DNA of 64,000 nucleotides. It comes from an uncultured Bacilli bacterium (lineage in GTDB: Bacteria; Bacillota_I; Bacilli_A; RFN20; CAG-449). The DNA lies in assembly GCA_947591215.1 (NCBI GenBank), contig CANQCZ010000002.1, positions 6,819 to 70,818 on the forward strand. The letters are read 5' to 3'. Every line of letters starts with the position of its first letter. The stretch's first letter is position 1. The notes under the pieces are model-generated. The model was not told where the DNA came from, ran no database searches, and worked only from the letters and a program-made list of their open reading frames with translations. A program made the position numbers and the translations under genes. Below, one piece after another: positions 9,497 to 19,535 of this stretch.

Positions 9497-12169
9497 TTAT
9501 GAAATTGCATCTAAAATTACAAGCTTTTTTACTTTATTTCGAGACAATATTTCAAAAATAGTCATCAAAAAAGCAGCAAATAAAAAGATTTGATAATTAA
9601 CGCTAAGTATTTTAAACAAATTGGTGCTTTTAGTAATAAAAGCTGAAATCACATTAACAATTAGATAAGCTAGTACGATGCAAATGCAAAGAGGAAAAGT
9701 AATTAATCCACTTATTGAGTTTTTTGAAAAACCTAAAGAACGGAGAATGGCAATATTACGCTTTTGCTTTTCAAAGGCATCCTTACTCTCATAAATAACT
9801 AAAACGATTGTACTGACAATAAAAAGCACCTTAAAAATAGCAACAAGATATTTAATAAATAGAGATAAGTCATCTATACTTTTCTTGACTCCAACCATTC
9901 CGTTGGAAATAGTATAATTTGGAAACTCTTCTTTTAATCTATCTAAAATACCTACAGCATTTGAAGAATCATCAATTTGTACAAATAAACCGCTTATTAC
10001 TAATCGATATGGATCATATAAATATTTAATTAATGGATAAGCTAGTAGCCAAAGCGGTTCATGTGCGATAAATAGCTCTTCCTCATCGCTTATTCCTACA
10101 ATCGTCAATTCACTTTCGACAAAATGATTTTTTATTTTATCTTCTACTACCAATGAATTATCTTGATAAGCGACATATAATTTATGACCGATCAATTCAT
10201 TTACATTTACATTTTTAAACAGTTTTGTTGCGCATCCCTTTGAAATAACTATTTCATTAAGTTTTTTAGCTTTATTACCGATAAGTGTTTTGATATTTTG
10301 GTTATGAAAATTAAAAAAGTCGCTTTCGTAAATATTTCCGATATGTCCATTTAACACATTTTCATAATGTTGTAATCCGACATTTAAATTTTCAACACTT
10401 CTTTGATCTATTAGATCTATAAGGCTTTTGTAATTGCTTGAAATATAAAATGATCGATTAAATCCGGATAATGAAAACGGCGTTAAATAAGAATAAAAAT
10501 CCATAATCGAAAACTGATAAGAATTAGCATAATCAAAAGACTCAAGTTTTTTTATCGCTTTTAAAACATCTTCTTTAGTGAAATTTTCTATTGTCACAAA
10601 AAATCTTACTCTCTCTTTAACAAAATATGGATTCAGTAAATAATTTTGATATTTATCATTTTTAAAAAAATCTTCAAAAAATGCAAAGGAAGAATTTGGT
10701 GTCGGTTCGATATAATAAGTTTTTTTTAAAGTCCATGGATATATTTCTTTTCTTGCTAAATCTAACGAAGTAGGCAATTGCATCATATTTTCAAAAACCA
10801 GTTCATTAAAAAAAGGATTGCTATGAAAAATTTGTAGTCTATCGCAAGGCACTAATTCTTTAATTAAAAATAAATTTTGATCGTCGTAGTGCCACGAATT
10901 ATTTTTTACTTTTAAACACGCATACAGATTATTCTTTTTGATAATATCATTTAATGTTTCAAAACTTTGAACATTTAGATTAAGCGTCGATTCGATTAAA
11001 CTTTTTTCTTGCTCAGTGATTCCTAAAATGATTTCATCATCTTTTAAATCTAAAGAGTCTAGCTCTGTTATTAATTCAAACTCATTGATAGCATCTACAC
11101 CATCTGTCAATAAAACTTCTTTTTGACCATCAATTAGAAACAAGTCATTTTGATCGACGAAAAAGCTTGAAATTTCGTTTAAATAATAAGTACCAATTTT
11201 AGAGATATTTGTAAAATCATTTCTTATTTCATCGATTAAATAGCGATTCGCGGATATTTTAGGAGGATCTTGATCTACACTGACATTGCGATTGATTATC
11301 GCGTAATTTGCTTCGCTCAATCCGTTAAATTGTTGATTTATAGTCTCTTGCATCGAATAATTGATCATATCTGAAAAGCCCATTACTACAAAACATAAAA
11401 GTAAGCAAAAAAATGAGAAATAATATTTTATTTGTTGGTTTTTAATCGATGTAATAAAAAGTTTTTTTCGAATTTTAAACGGAAGAGAATTTTTATTTTT
11501 ACTTTTAATAATCATATTTGTTAAATCTAAAGGTTTTCGATAGTTTAGCTTCAGCCGATGATTTTCAATTGAAATTAAAAGAGTCGCATCAGTTACAAAT
11601 AATTCTTCTTCATGCGTTACTATTAGAATCAAAAGTTTTTTACTCAATTCTTTTAACAATTTTAAGAGCATAATTTTATTTTGTTGATCCAAAGAAGAGG
11701 TAGGTTCATCACATAATAAAATTTTCGCTTCCGAAGCTAATGCTCTTGCAATCGCCACTCGTTGTTTTTCACCTCCTGATAGCAACGCACATTTTTGATC
11801 GATAATTGTTGTTAAATTCAAGGCTTTAATAATGGAGTTTAGATCTTTAGTATTTTTACGATTTTTTATTAGAATGTTTTCTCTCACCGATATTTCTTCA
11901 ATTAGAGAAAAATTTTGGAAAACAAATCCAATGTTATTAAAAACAAAAAGATCTAAGTCAATATCCTTTAATTTTTTCATTGAAATATCGTCGATAATTA
12001 TATCGCCTTGATAATCACGATTTAGTTGACCGATGATAGAAAGCAAAGTCGTTTTCCCAGTGCCTGATTCACCTTTTAAAACTACTAATCCCGATGATGG
12101 CAAAACTAAATTAGCATCTTTTATGATCGTCTCTTTGTATCGTTTGTTAATTCCTTGTAACTTTATCAT
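9497..12169 (-). CDS. MacB-like ABC transporter: N-terminal ATPase fused to an FtsX-family permease with a large extracytoplasmic domain
   Basis: Walker A (GESGTGKTT), ABC signature (LSGGEKQRVAIARAL) and Walker B. One TM helix is followed by a ~480 aa exo-domain and three C-terminal TM helices with an FtsX-like ILRSLGFS motif. Confidence 0.7.
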   Translation of the reverse strand: MIKLQGINKRYKETIIKDANLVLPSSGLVVLKGESGTGKTTLLSIIGQLNRDYQGDIIIDDISMKKLKDIDLDLFVFNNIGFVFQNFSLIEEISVRENILIKNRKNTKDLNSIIKALNLTTIIDQKCALLSGGEKQRVAIARALASEAKILLCDEPTSSLDQQNKIMLLKLLKELSKKLLILIVTHEEELFVTDATLLISIENHRLKLNYRKPLDLTNMIIKSKNKNSLPFKIRKKLFITSIKNQQIKYYFSFFCLLLCFVVMGFSDMINYSMQETINQQFNGLSEANYAIINRNVSVDQDPPKISANRYLIDEIRNDFTNISKIGTYYLNEISSFFVDQNDLFLIDGQKEVLLTDGVDAINEFELITELDSLDLKDDEIILGITEQEKSLIESTLNLNVQSFETLNDIIKKNNLYACLKVKNNSWHYDDQNLFLIKELVPCDRLQIFHSNPFFNELVFENMMQLPTSLDLARKEIYPWTLKKTYYIEPTPNSSFAFFEDFFKNDKYQNYLLNPYFVKERVRFFVTIENFTKEDVLKAIKKLESFDYANSYQFSIMDFYSYLTPFSLSGFNRSFYISSNYKSLIDLIDQRSVENLNVGLQHYENVLNGHIGNIYESDFFNFHNQNIKTLIGNKAKKLNEIVISKGCATKLFKNVNVNELIGHKLYVAYQDNSLVVEDKIKNHFVESELTIVGISDEEELFIAHEPLWLLAYPLIKYLYDPYRLVISGLFVQIDDSSNAVGILDRLKEEFPNYTISNGMVGVKKSIDDLSLFIKYLVAIFKVLFIVSTIVLVIYESKDAFEKQKRNIAILRSLGFSKNSISGLITFPLCICIVLAYLIVNVISAFITKSTNLFKILSVNYQIFLFAAFLMTIFEILSRNKVKKLVILDAIS

Positions 12170-14103
12170 ATTGAATTCCTCAAATAATAAATAGTTTTTT
12201 TTGATAAGAATTTTTTTAATGCCAATTTACACATCACGAGTAAGATTAAAATAAAAACACATAATTCCATACTTTGAAATGAAATTATTTGATAATCTAA
12301 CACTAAATTTAAATTCAAAGTCTTTATAGAAATCTGTTCGACAACATTGAAAAGAGAGTTTTTAAATACTAATGATATGATTAGGGCTATAATTTCAAAA
12401 AGCATAAATTCATATAAAAATGAATTTTCGATTACTTTGTGCTTTCTTAACGTCGTTTTCATAATTCCGATTTCTTTTGTAAAAGCATGTAAATTATTGA
12501 TAAATAATAAAAAAGTAATAAAACTCGTGCAAATAATTGCCATAATTTTGAAGACTATTAACATTTGTTCAAATGAATGCATTAATTCGGTAAGTGAAGT
12601 CGCACTGGCAATGGCTCTGCTTTGAACAGAAATTTTTCGTGTTTTTGATAGTTTTTTGTCATTTAAGTTTTGATATATTTTCTTTGTTTCAAATTTTTCG
12701 GTAAAAATTAAAAGACTTTCGGTATAGGTCGAGCAGTTAACAAGATCCAACGTATCATAAAACGAAATATTTTTTCCAAAATAACTTTTAAATTTTGTGA
12801 GTTGTACAGAATTTAAAAATTTCTTAGCAGCTTGGTAAGAATAATAAATAATCGGGTCATTTAAAAACAATGGTTCTTTGATGACTTTATTAATTTTAAG
12901 GACTGTATCGATCTTTATTTCTTCTTGTAAATTTTGCTTTTCTCCATGATATATTATCTTTTTTTGACATTTTAAAGTAATTTTTTTGTTAGCGATTAAA
13001 GCATGCGCTAAATCATTTAAAGCAACATATGAAAAATCTTCTATATTATCATCGTCCATCGGCAATAGACGAATATTATCATTTTTCTTATTGTCTACAT
13101 AAATCGAGGCTTCTGCAAAAGTTTTTTCAAAGCTAAAATCTAAATTATACTTATAAGTACCGATGTTAATTTTTATTTCGCTATCGCTGAGTCGCGATGG
13201 CTTAACAATCGTTAAATTATTATCACTTTCATCTATCGCATCAATTTTTAAAATATTATAGTCACCATATTGTTGATGTTGCAAATCAAAATCACTATTA
13301 CAAAAAGTTGAAATTGAACTTACAAAAAATAAACTTAAATATGAAAACGCCAATATAAGCATCATTAACAATTTACAAGCAAAATTTTTTAACCCAAAAT
13401 ACTTTAAACAAGATATTACTTTTTTTGTTTTTAAACTTTTTTGACTTTTAGAAGAATAGATTAGCTTTTTTTGATATTTTAAAGTGATTTGTTGATTGTT
13501 AAGTTCATAGATAGAATCACCATATTTATTAGCTAAACGTTGGTTATGAGTAATCACAATAACAAGTCGTTTAGTTGCTTCATTTTTTAAAAATTTAAAA
13601 ACTTCTTCACTATTGTTTTCATCCAACGATCCGGTTGGTTCATCGCATAATAAAACTTGTGGATTTGAAATGATGGCTTTAATTAAAGCTACTCTTTGCT
13701 TTTCGCCACCCGATAAATTACTGACTTTATGATTTTTCAGTTTTTCGATATGAAAAAGTTCTAAGCTTTCATCAATTAATTTGTTCTTGTCTTCTGCTTT
13801 GACGTTTTTATTTATTAACCCAAACCCAATATTTTCAAAAACTGTTAGATAATCAAATAGTTCAAAATTTTGAAACATCATCGAAATATTATTTGCTTCT
13901 TGATTTTCATTATTTTTGAATATTATTTTACCTTCAAATGTATCAAATCCACACAGGCAATTAAAAAAAGTCGACTTTCCACTTCCAGATGAACCTAAGA
14001 TTATTATTAGTCCTTCATTAGAAGCAAAAGTAATATTAATGTCATTTAAAATTAATTTCTTTCCATAAGACTTGGTTAAATGCTCAACAACGATTTCTTC
14101 CAT
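12166..14103 (-). CDS. MacB-like ABC transporter: ATPase fused to an FtsX-family permease (paralogous partner)
   Basis: Walker A (GSSGSGKST) and signature (LSGGEKQRVALIKAI) with a C-terminal 4-TM FtsX-like region; overlaps the downstream paralog by 4 nt (coupled). Confidence 0.7.
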   Translation of the reverse strand: MEEIVVEHLTKSYGKKLILNDINITFASNEGLIIILGSSGSGKSTFFNCLCGFDTFEGKIIFKNNENQEANNISMMFQNFELFDYLTVFENIGFGLINKNVKAEDKNKLIDESLELFHIEKLKNHKVSNLSGGEKQRVALIKAIISNPQVLLCDEPTGSLDENNSEEVFKFLKNEATKRLVIVITHNQRLANKYGDSIYELNNQQITLKYQKKLIYSSKSQKSLKTKKVISCLKYFGLKNFACKLLMMLILAFSYLSLFFVSSISTFCNSDFDLQHQQYGDYNILKIDAIDESDNNLTIVKPSRLSDSEIKINIGTYKYNLDFSFEKTFAEASIYVDNKKNDNIRLLPMDDDNIEDFSYVALNDLAHALIANKKITLKCQKKIIYHGEKQNLQEEIKIDTVLKINKVIKEPLFLNDPIIYYSYQAAKKFLNSVQLTKFKSYFGKNISFYDTLDLVNCSTYTESLLIFTEKFETKKIYQNLNDKKLSKTRKISVQSRAIASATSLTELMHSFEQMLIVFKIMAIICTSFITFLLFINNLHAFTKEIGIMKTTLRKHKVIENSFLYEFMLFEIIALIISLVFKNSLFNVVEQISIKTLNLNLVLDYQIISFQSMELCVFILILLVMCKLALKKFLSKKTIYYLRNSI

Positions 14104-14141
14104 AAAAAATCCTCTATTATATCAATAGAGGACTTTCTAAA

Positions 14142-14345
14142 TTAATCAGATTTTTTGATGATTTTTTTTGCTTTATTGTTAAATTCATTGCGTGGCATCA
14201 TAATGACATTGCCACATCCACAACATTTAATCTTAATATCTGCTCCAAGACGAACGATTTCAAATTGCTTAGAACGAGAACTGCAAGGATGTGGTTTTCT
14301 CATTTCAACAATATCTCCAAGACCATATTCATTATTTTCGATCAT
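14142..14345 (-). CDS. DUF951-family small protein
   Basis: 67 aa with conserved IVEMRKPHPCSS...ADIKIKCCGCG Cys pattern typical of DUF951 (YyzM-like). Confidence 0.55.
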   Translation of the reverse strand: MIENNEYGLGDIVEMRKPHPCSSRSKQFEIVRLGADIKIKCCGCGNVIMMPRNEFNNKAKKIIKKSD

Positions 14346-15159
14346 GATTATACCTATAACATTTCAAAACATTATCCATCGCCAAAGCGGAAGTAATCGT
14401 TCCAACACCGCCAGGTACTTTGCTGAGCATTTTTACTTTATCGCTCGGGATCACATCGCCTTTGATTTGATCATCTAAATAATGGATTCCGGCATCGACA
14501 ACTACCGCATCTTCATTCATTAAAGAGCTATCAATAAAATGAGGTTTTCCAATAGCGACAACTACAATATCAAAATCCTTCAACATTTGATTAAGATTCT
14601 TGGTTTTAGAATGAGCGACAGTAACTGTGGCATTACGATTCATTAACATTAAAGCAGCCGGTTTTCCGACCGAGATCGATCTACCGATAACCAATGCCCT
14701 TTTACCCTCTATATCAACATGATAGTCATCAAGCAATTCCATAATTGCTTTTGCAGTTGCCGGTACTAACCCTTCATTTTCATTGCGCACTAATCGTCCA
14801 AGCATCAAAGAATTCATTGCATCAATATCTTTTTTAGGATCCAAAGCATCGATAATTTTTTGTTCGTCAGCTCCTTTAAATAAAGGTCTGGTAATCAAAA
14901 CAGCATCGACATCTTGATCAGAATTTAATTTTTTGATCGTATTTAAATAATCTTCTTCACAAGCCTTCATCTTTATTAAGGTAAAGCGAATACCTAACTC
15001 ATTTGCTAACTTTTGTTGAGAAGCGCAATAGCCTTTGCTTGATTCATCACTTTCATTTAATAAAATCACCAAATGAGGAGTTTCATTTAAAGCCGCAATT
15101 TCTTGTTTAACTCGCTCCTTTATTTTTAAAGCAGCATTTTTTCCAACCATCAATTCCAT
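14332..15159 (-). CDS. folD: Bifunctional methylenetetrahydrofolate dehydrogenase / methenyl-THF cyclohydrolase
   Basis: FolD motifs (GYCASQQK; VIGRSISVGKPAALML) and length. Confidence 0.9.
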   Translation of the reverse strand: MELMVGKNAALKIKERVKQEIAALNETPHLVILLNESDESSKGYCASQQKLANELGIRFTLIKMKACEEDYLNTIKKLNSDQDVDAVLITRPLFKGADEQKIIDALDPKKDIDAMNSLMLGRLVRNENEGLVPATAKAIMELLDDYHVDIEGKRALVIGRSISVGKPAALMLMNRNATVTVAHSKTKNLNQMLKDFDIVVVAIGKPHFIDSSLMNEDAVVVDAGIHYLDDQIKGDVIPSDKVKMLSKVPGGVGTITSALAMDNVLKCYRYNHDRK

Positions 15160-15160
15160 T

Positions 15161-16771
15161 TTATAAATTCTCCATTTTTACCGCCGCCGGAACTTTGGGA
15201 AGCCCTGGCATTGTCAAAATGTTACCTGTAAGTGGAATGATAAATCTTGCACCACTTGAAAGATTGACATCACGGATCATCAAATCAAAGTCACGTGGAG
15301 TATTTAAAAGTTGCGGATTATCACTGAATGATTGCGGAGTTTTAGCCATGCAAATATAAGCATCGCCATATCCCATTTTTATGTATTTATCGATTTTATT
15401 TTTCGCTAACTCAGTGTAATTTACATTTCTCGCACGATATATTTCTTTAGCGATTTTTTCGATCTTATCATAGACATTTTCTTCTTTTTTATAAAGTGGC
15501 ATATAACCTTTACCTTTAGAATCATGAAGTGCGGCAACAACTTTGTTTGCTAAATCCACCGCGCCTTCTCCACCATTAATGAAACCATCTTGGAATGAGA
15601 CCACATATCCATGTTCTTGGCACCAATTTGTTAAAAAGGCAACTTCACTTGGATAATCACTTGCAAAGTGATTAATTGCAACCAAAGGTTTGATACCGAA
15701 TTTTTCAATGTTTTCCAAATGTTGCTTTAAGTTGTTAATACCTAATTTTAAAACTTCAACATTTTCGACTCCTAAATCTTCAAGTTTTTGACCACCATGC
15801 ATTTTCAAGGCTCTTATGGTGGCAACCATCACCACTAAAGATGGTTTTAATCCGGCTTCTTGACATTTTATATCCAAGAATTTTTCAGCGCCTAAATCTG
15901 CGCCAAATCCAGCTTCAGTTACGACAATATCTTTAAGTTTAAGAGCCAATTTGGTGGCAATAATAGAATTGCAACCATGTGCAATATTAGCAAAAGGGCC
16001 GCCGTGGACAAGACACGGATTATTTTCCCCAGTTTGAATTAAATTAGGTTTTAAAGCCTCTTTCATCAATTTCATAATCGCATTGGATATCTTCAAATCC
16101 TTAACCTTAATAGGTTTATCTTCATAAGAATAAGCGACAATGATTTCATTTACCCGACGTTTGAAATCTTCTTTAGACGTTGCTAAACACAATACTGCCA
16201 TCATTTCACTGGCAACAGTGATAATAAAACCATCATCACGTTCAACACCATTTTTTTCTCCAATACCGACTCTAATTTCTCGAAGGGCCCGATCATTCAT
16301 ATCCAAAGCACGTTTCCATACAACTTTTGTCGGGTCAATCCCTAATTCGTTGCCTTGAAAAATATGATTATCGATAATAGCCGAAATAAGGTTAATCGAA
16401 CTTGTCAAGGCATGCATATCACCGGTGAAATGAAGGTTAATATCTTCACTAGGTTCAATTGTTACTTTGCCACCACCTGTAGCGCCTCCTTTTATACCAA
16501 AAACCGGTCCTAAAGAAGGTTCTCTTAAAGCAAGCATCACCGAAGCTCCGATTCGATTCAATCCTTCTGTCAAAGCGATCGATGTAGTGGTTTTTCCTTC
16601 TCCGGCTTTTGTCGGAGTAATGGCTGTTACTAATACCAATTGACCATCTTTTTTATCTTTTAATTCATCGAGTAGCGATAGATCTATTTTTCCCTTGTAT
16701 TTTCCATATGGTTCTAAATATTTTTGATCAATGCCGGCTTTAGCGGCAATATTATAAATCTCTTCTAACAT
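15161..16771 (-). CDS. fhs: Formate--tetrahydrofolate ligase
   Basis: PTKAGEGKTTTSIAL P-loop and overall FTHFS length (536 aa); adjacent to folD. Confidence 0.9.
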   Translation of the reverse strand: MLEEIYNIAAKAGIDQKYLEPYGKYKGKIDLSLLDELKDKKDGQLVLVTAITPTKAGEGKTTTSIALTEGLNRIGASVMLALREPSLGPVFGIKGGATGGGKVTIEPSEDINLHFTGDMHALTSSINLISAIIDNHIFQGNELGIDPTKVVWKRALDMNDRALREIRVGIGEKNGVERDDGFIITVASEMMAVLCLATSKEDFKRRVNEIIVAYSYEDKPIKVKDLKISNAIMKLMKEALKPNLIQTGENNPCLVHGGPFANIAHGCNSIIATKLALKLKDIVVTEAGFGADLGAEKFLDIKCQEAGLKPSLVVMVATIRALKMHGGQKLEDLGVENVEVLKLGINNLKQHLENIEKFGIKPLVAINHFASDYPSEVAFLTNWCQEHGYVVSFQDGFINGGEGAVDLANKVVAALHDSKGKGYMPLYKKEENVYDKIEKIAKEIYRARNVNYTELAKNKIDKYIKMGYGDAYICMAKTPQSFSDNPQLLNTPRDFDLMIRDVNLSSGARFIIPLTGNILTMPGLPKVPAAVKMENL

Positions 16772-16818
16772 ATTTACTTTCCTCTTTTCATTTTATTTTT
16801 ATGTATCATATCATAGAG

Positions 16819-17706
16819 TTAATCATGGTTTAACTTATTTATGCAAAAATCGTAAGCTTCTTTCTTTGAACTAAACCAATTAACTGTAAACTGATTTTTA
16901 AAATATGTGTATTGTCTTCTAGCATACGCGTGAGATTTATGCTTGATATGCTCAACAATTAAAGCGTTAGATTCATTATTTTCTTTTCCGACTATAAAAT
17001 CTTTGTATCCTATCGCTTGAAAAGCCTTATGATTACTTCCATATTTTGCAACCAACATCTGTACTTCTTTTTCTAAACCTTTTTCAATCATATTGTCGAC
17101 TCGTCGATCGATATCTTGATACAATTTTTGTCGCTCGACTTCAAGTCCCACAAAACATACATCGTAAATAGGCTGATGATGTTGCCTTTCGATCAATGTT
17201 GATTTTTTTTCTCCACGCATCAAATAAATTTCAATTGCTCTAAGTACCCTTTTGCGGTTGTTCATATGAATTTTAGAGGCTTCTATAGGATCGATCTTCA
17301 ATAACTTTTCATAAAGTCCCTCGTTATTCAAGCACTCGTATTCACTCATATCAACTTTCTGTTCTTGCAATTCTAAATCAAAATCAAAAAGCGCCGCTTT
17401 TAAATACATTCCGGTTCCTCCAACGATGATGATAGGAACATTTCTTTTCGACAATTCAGTGATTTTATTTCTAGCGTCAATTTGATAATTAAACGCTGAA
17501 TAATCTTGATCGGGATTAACAAATGAAAAGAGATGATGCGGTACACTTTTCATTTCAATTTCACTTGGTTTTGCCGTACCGATATTCATATCTTTATAGA
17601 TCTGAAAAGCATCACCATTGATAATTTCGCCATGAATCGTTTTAGCCACTTCAATCGCTAAAGCACTTTTACCGACACCGGTTGGACCAACGATACAAAT
17701 TATCAT
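16819..17706 (-). CDS. miaA: tRNA dimethylallyltransferase
   Basis: N-terminus MIICIVGPTGVGKSALAIEVAK P-loop; 295 aa. Confidence 0.9.
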   Translation of the reverse strand: MIICIVGPTGVGKSALAIEVAKTIHGEIINGDAFQIYKDMNIGTAKPSEIEMKSVPHHLFSFVNPDQDYSAFNYQIDARNKITELSKRNVPIIIVGGTGMYLKAALFDFDLELQEQKVDMSEYECLNNEGLYEKLLKIDPIEASKIHMNNRKRVLRAIEIYLMRGEKKSTLIERQHHQPIYDVCFVGLEVERQKLYQDIDRRVDNMIEKGLEKEVQMLVAKYGSNHKAFQAIGYKDFIVGKENNESNALIVEHIKHKSHAYARRQYTYFKNQFTVNWFSSKKEAYDFCINKLNHD

Positions 17707-19532
17707 ATCGCAGTCCTTTTAAACATCTTTTCAATGTCATACTTTTTAAAACGCACAATCGTCGGTCGTCCATGAGGACAACATGTCGGATTTTTACACT
17801 TAAACAATTGATCAATCAACTGTTTCATTTCAAATAAATTAAGTCGATCATTGGCTTTTATTGAGGCCTTACAAGCCATCGTAGCTATCACATGTTTTCT
17901 TAAAGAAATTAAATCTATTTTTTCTTTTCCAAGCACTTGATCGATTAATTCTAAAATATAAGAATCATCTTTTTCTTCTCGCAAGAAAAGCGGAATTTTA
18001 GATACCTTCAAAGCGTTAGTGCCAAATAATTCAATCGTTAGCCCGATGTCCTCTAAAAGTTTAAAATGCTTTTCATTTAATCGCATGGCATCACTTGGAT
18101 TAAGATTTACAATAATCGGGAACAATGGCGTGCATGTCTCAATATTTGAATTTAAAATCTCTTGGTATTTTTCATAATTGATTCTCTCGTTTGCGGCATG
18201 TTGATCAATCAAATAAAATCCGTCCGGTGCACTGCAAACAATGTACGTATTTAAGATTTGACCAAGTGGAGTAATCTCGTTTTTTTCTTCAATATCTACT
18301 TTTCTTTCTTCTTTAACTTCTATTTCTTTAAAGAGTTCTTTAGCTTCCGGTAATTGTTCATCGAAGTCTTCAAAATTAATCTTAATCGGTGCATTCTCTT
18401 CTATTTTTTCTTTTTTCGGTTCAGTAGCTTGATGTTGATTAGAAACCGTAGGACGAACGATATTTTCTTTAAACGGGACTTCAATTTGTTCAAACATCGG
18501 CATCGTCGATACTTTTTCCGTCGATTTGATATTGACTTCTTGAATGTGATTTAATTTTTTAAGTTCATCAGAAATCGCTTTTTCAAGAGCGGTGTAAAGA
18601 TTATTTTCATTGGATAGACGAACTTCTTTTTTTGTGGGATGAACATTAACGTCTACCAAAGCGTAATCGACTTTAATATCCAGCACCACAAACGGAAATT
18701 TAGAGTTAAAAATATAATCGCTGTACCCATCGATAATCGCCTTTTGAATTTTAGGCATATACACACTTCTTTGATTTAATAGTGTAATCATGTAATAACG
18801 ATTAGATTTTGCTATTTCAGGTAATCCTAGATATCCTGTAACTTCAAACTCATATGTTGAAAAAGAAATCGGTATCATCTTTTTAGCGGCATCATAGCCA
18901 TAAATATTTGCTATGACTTCCAATAATTTACCATTTCCGTTGGTGGCAAAAGATAGACGATCATCAAAATATAGCGAAAAGGCCACGTCGCTCCTAGCCA
19001 TTGCTAGACGTTGCATCACTTCAAGAATTGAGGAGTTTTCGGTGGTATCTGATTTTAGATATTTTAAACGTGCCGGAGTATTAAAAAACAGCTCTTCAAT
19101 CGTAAAAGTGGTTCCTTTTATTAAACTTGCGTCTTCCACAGTGACATTTTCATCTTCGATAGTTACTTTTGTTCCTACGCCTTTTCCGTCAGACGTAGTC
19201 ATCGTCACTTTAGAAACCGAAGCGATTGATGCTAACGCCTCGCCCCTAAAACCCATCGTTTTGATGTTAAAAAGATCTCTTTCACTATATAGTTTGCTAG
19301 ATGCATGGCGCTTAAAAGCTAAAACAGCATCTTCTCGATCCATTCCGCTTCCATTATCGCTAACAACAATCTTATCGCGTCCTGCACCATATATCATTAC
19401 TTTTATCTTAGTGCTAGAGGCATCCAAAGAATTTTCAACCAATTCTTTTACGACACTTGATGGTCGTTCGATTACTTCTCCAGCAGCGATCATATTGGCA
19501 AGTTTATGATCCATCACTTTAATTACGCTCAT
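17703..19532 (-). CDS. mutL: DNA mismatch repair protein MutL
   Basis: GHKL ATPase N-terminus (IAAGEVIERPSSVVKELVENSLDA) and a C-terminal dimerisation domain; overlaps miaA by 4 nt. Confidence 0.9.
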   Translation of the reverse strand: MSVIKVMDHKLANMIAAGEVIERPSSVVKELVENSLDASSTKIKVMIYGAGRDKIVVSDNGSGMDREDAVLAFKRHASSKLYSERDLFNIKTMGFRGEALASIASVSKVTMTTSDGKGVGTKVTIEDENVTVEDASLIKGTTFTIEELFFNTPARLKYLKSDTTENSSILEVMQRLAMARSDVAFSLYFDDRLSFATNGNGKLLEVIANIYGYDAAKKMIPISFSTYEFEVTGYLGLPEIAKSNRYYMITLLNQRSVYMPKIQKAIIDGYSDYIFNSKFPFVVLDIKVDYALVDVNVHPTKKEVRLSNENNLYTALEKAISDELKKLNHIQEVNIKSTEKVSTMPMFEQIEVPFKENIVRPTVSNQHQATEPKKEKIEENAPIKINFEDFDEQLPEAKELFKEIEVKEERKVDIEEKNEITPLGQILNTYIVCSAPDGFYLIDQHAANERINYEKYQEILNSNIETCTPLFPIIVNLNPSDAMRLNEKHFKLLEDIGLTIELFGTNALKVSKIPLFLREEKDDSYILELIDQVLGKEKIDLISLRKHVIATMACKASIKANDRLNLFEMKQLIDQLFKCKNPTCCPHGRPTIVRFKKYDIEKMFKRTAI

Positions 19533-19535
19533 AAC

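Noticed and set aside
18913-19509. 198 aa plus-strand ORF antisense to mutL (also 18354-18554 and 19624-21294 antisense ORFs within mutL/mutS)
   Set aside because: They are antisense to highly conserved mismatch-repair genes and have Ser/Leu-rich compositions typical of reverse-frame artefacts.
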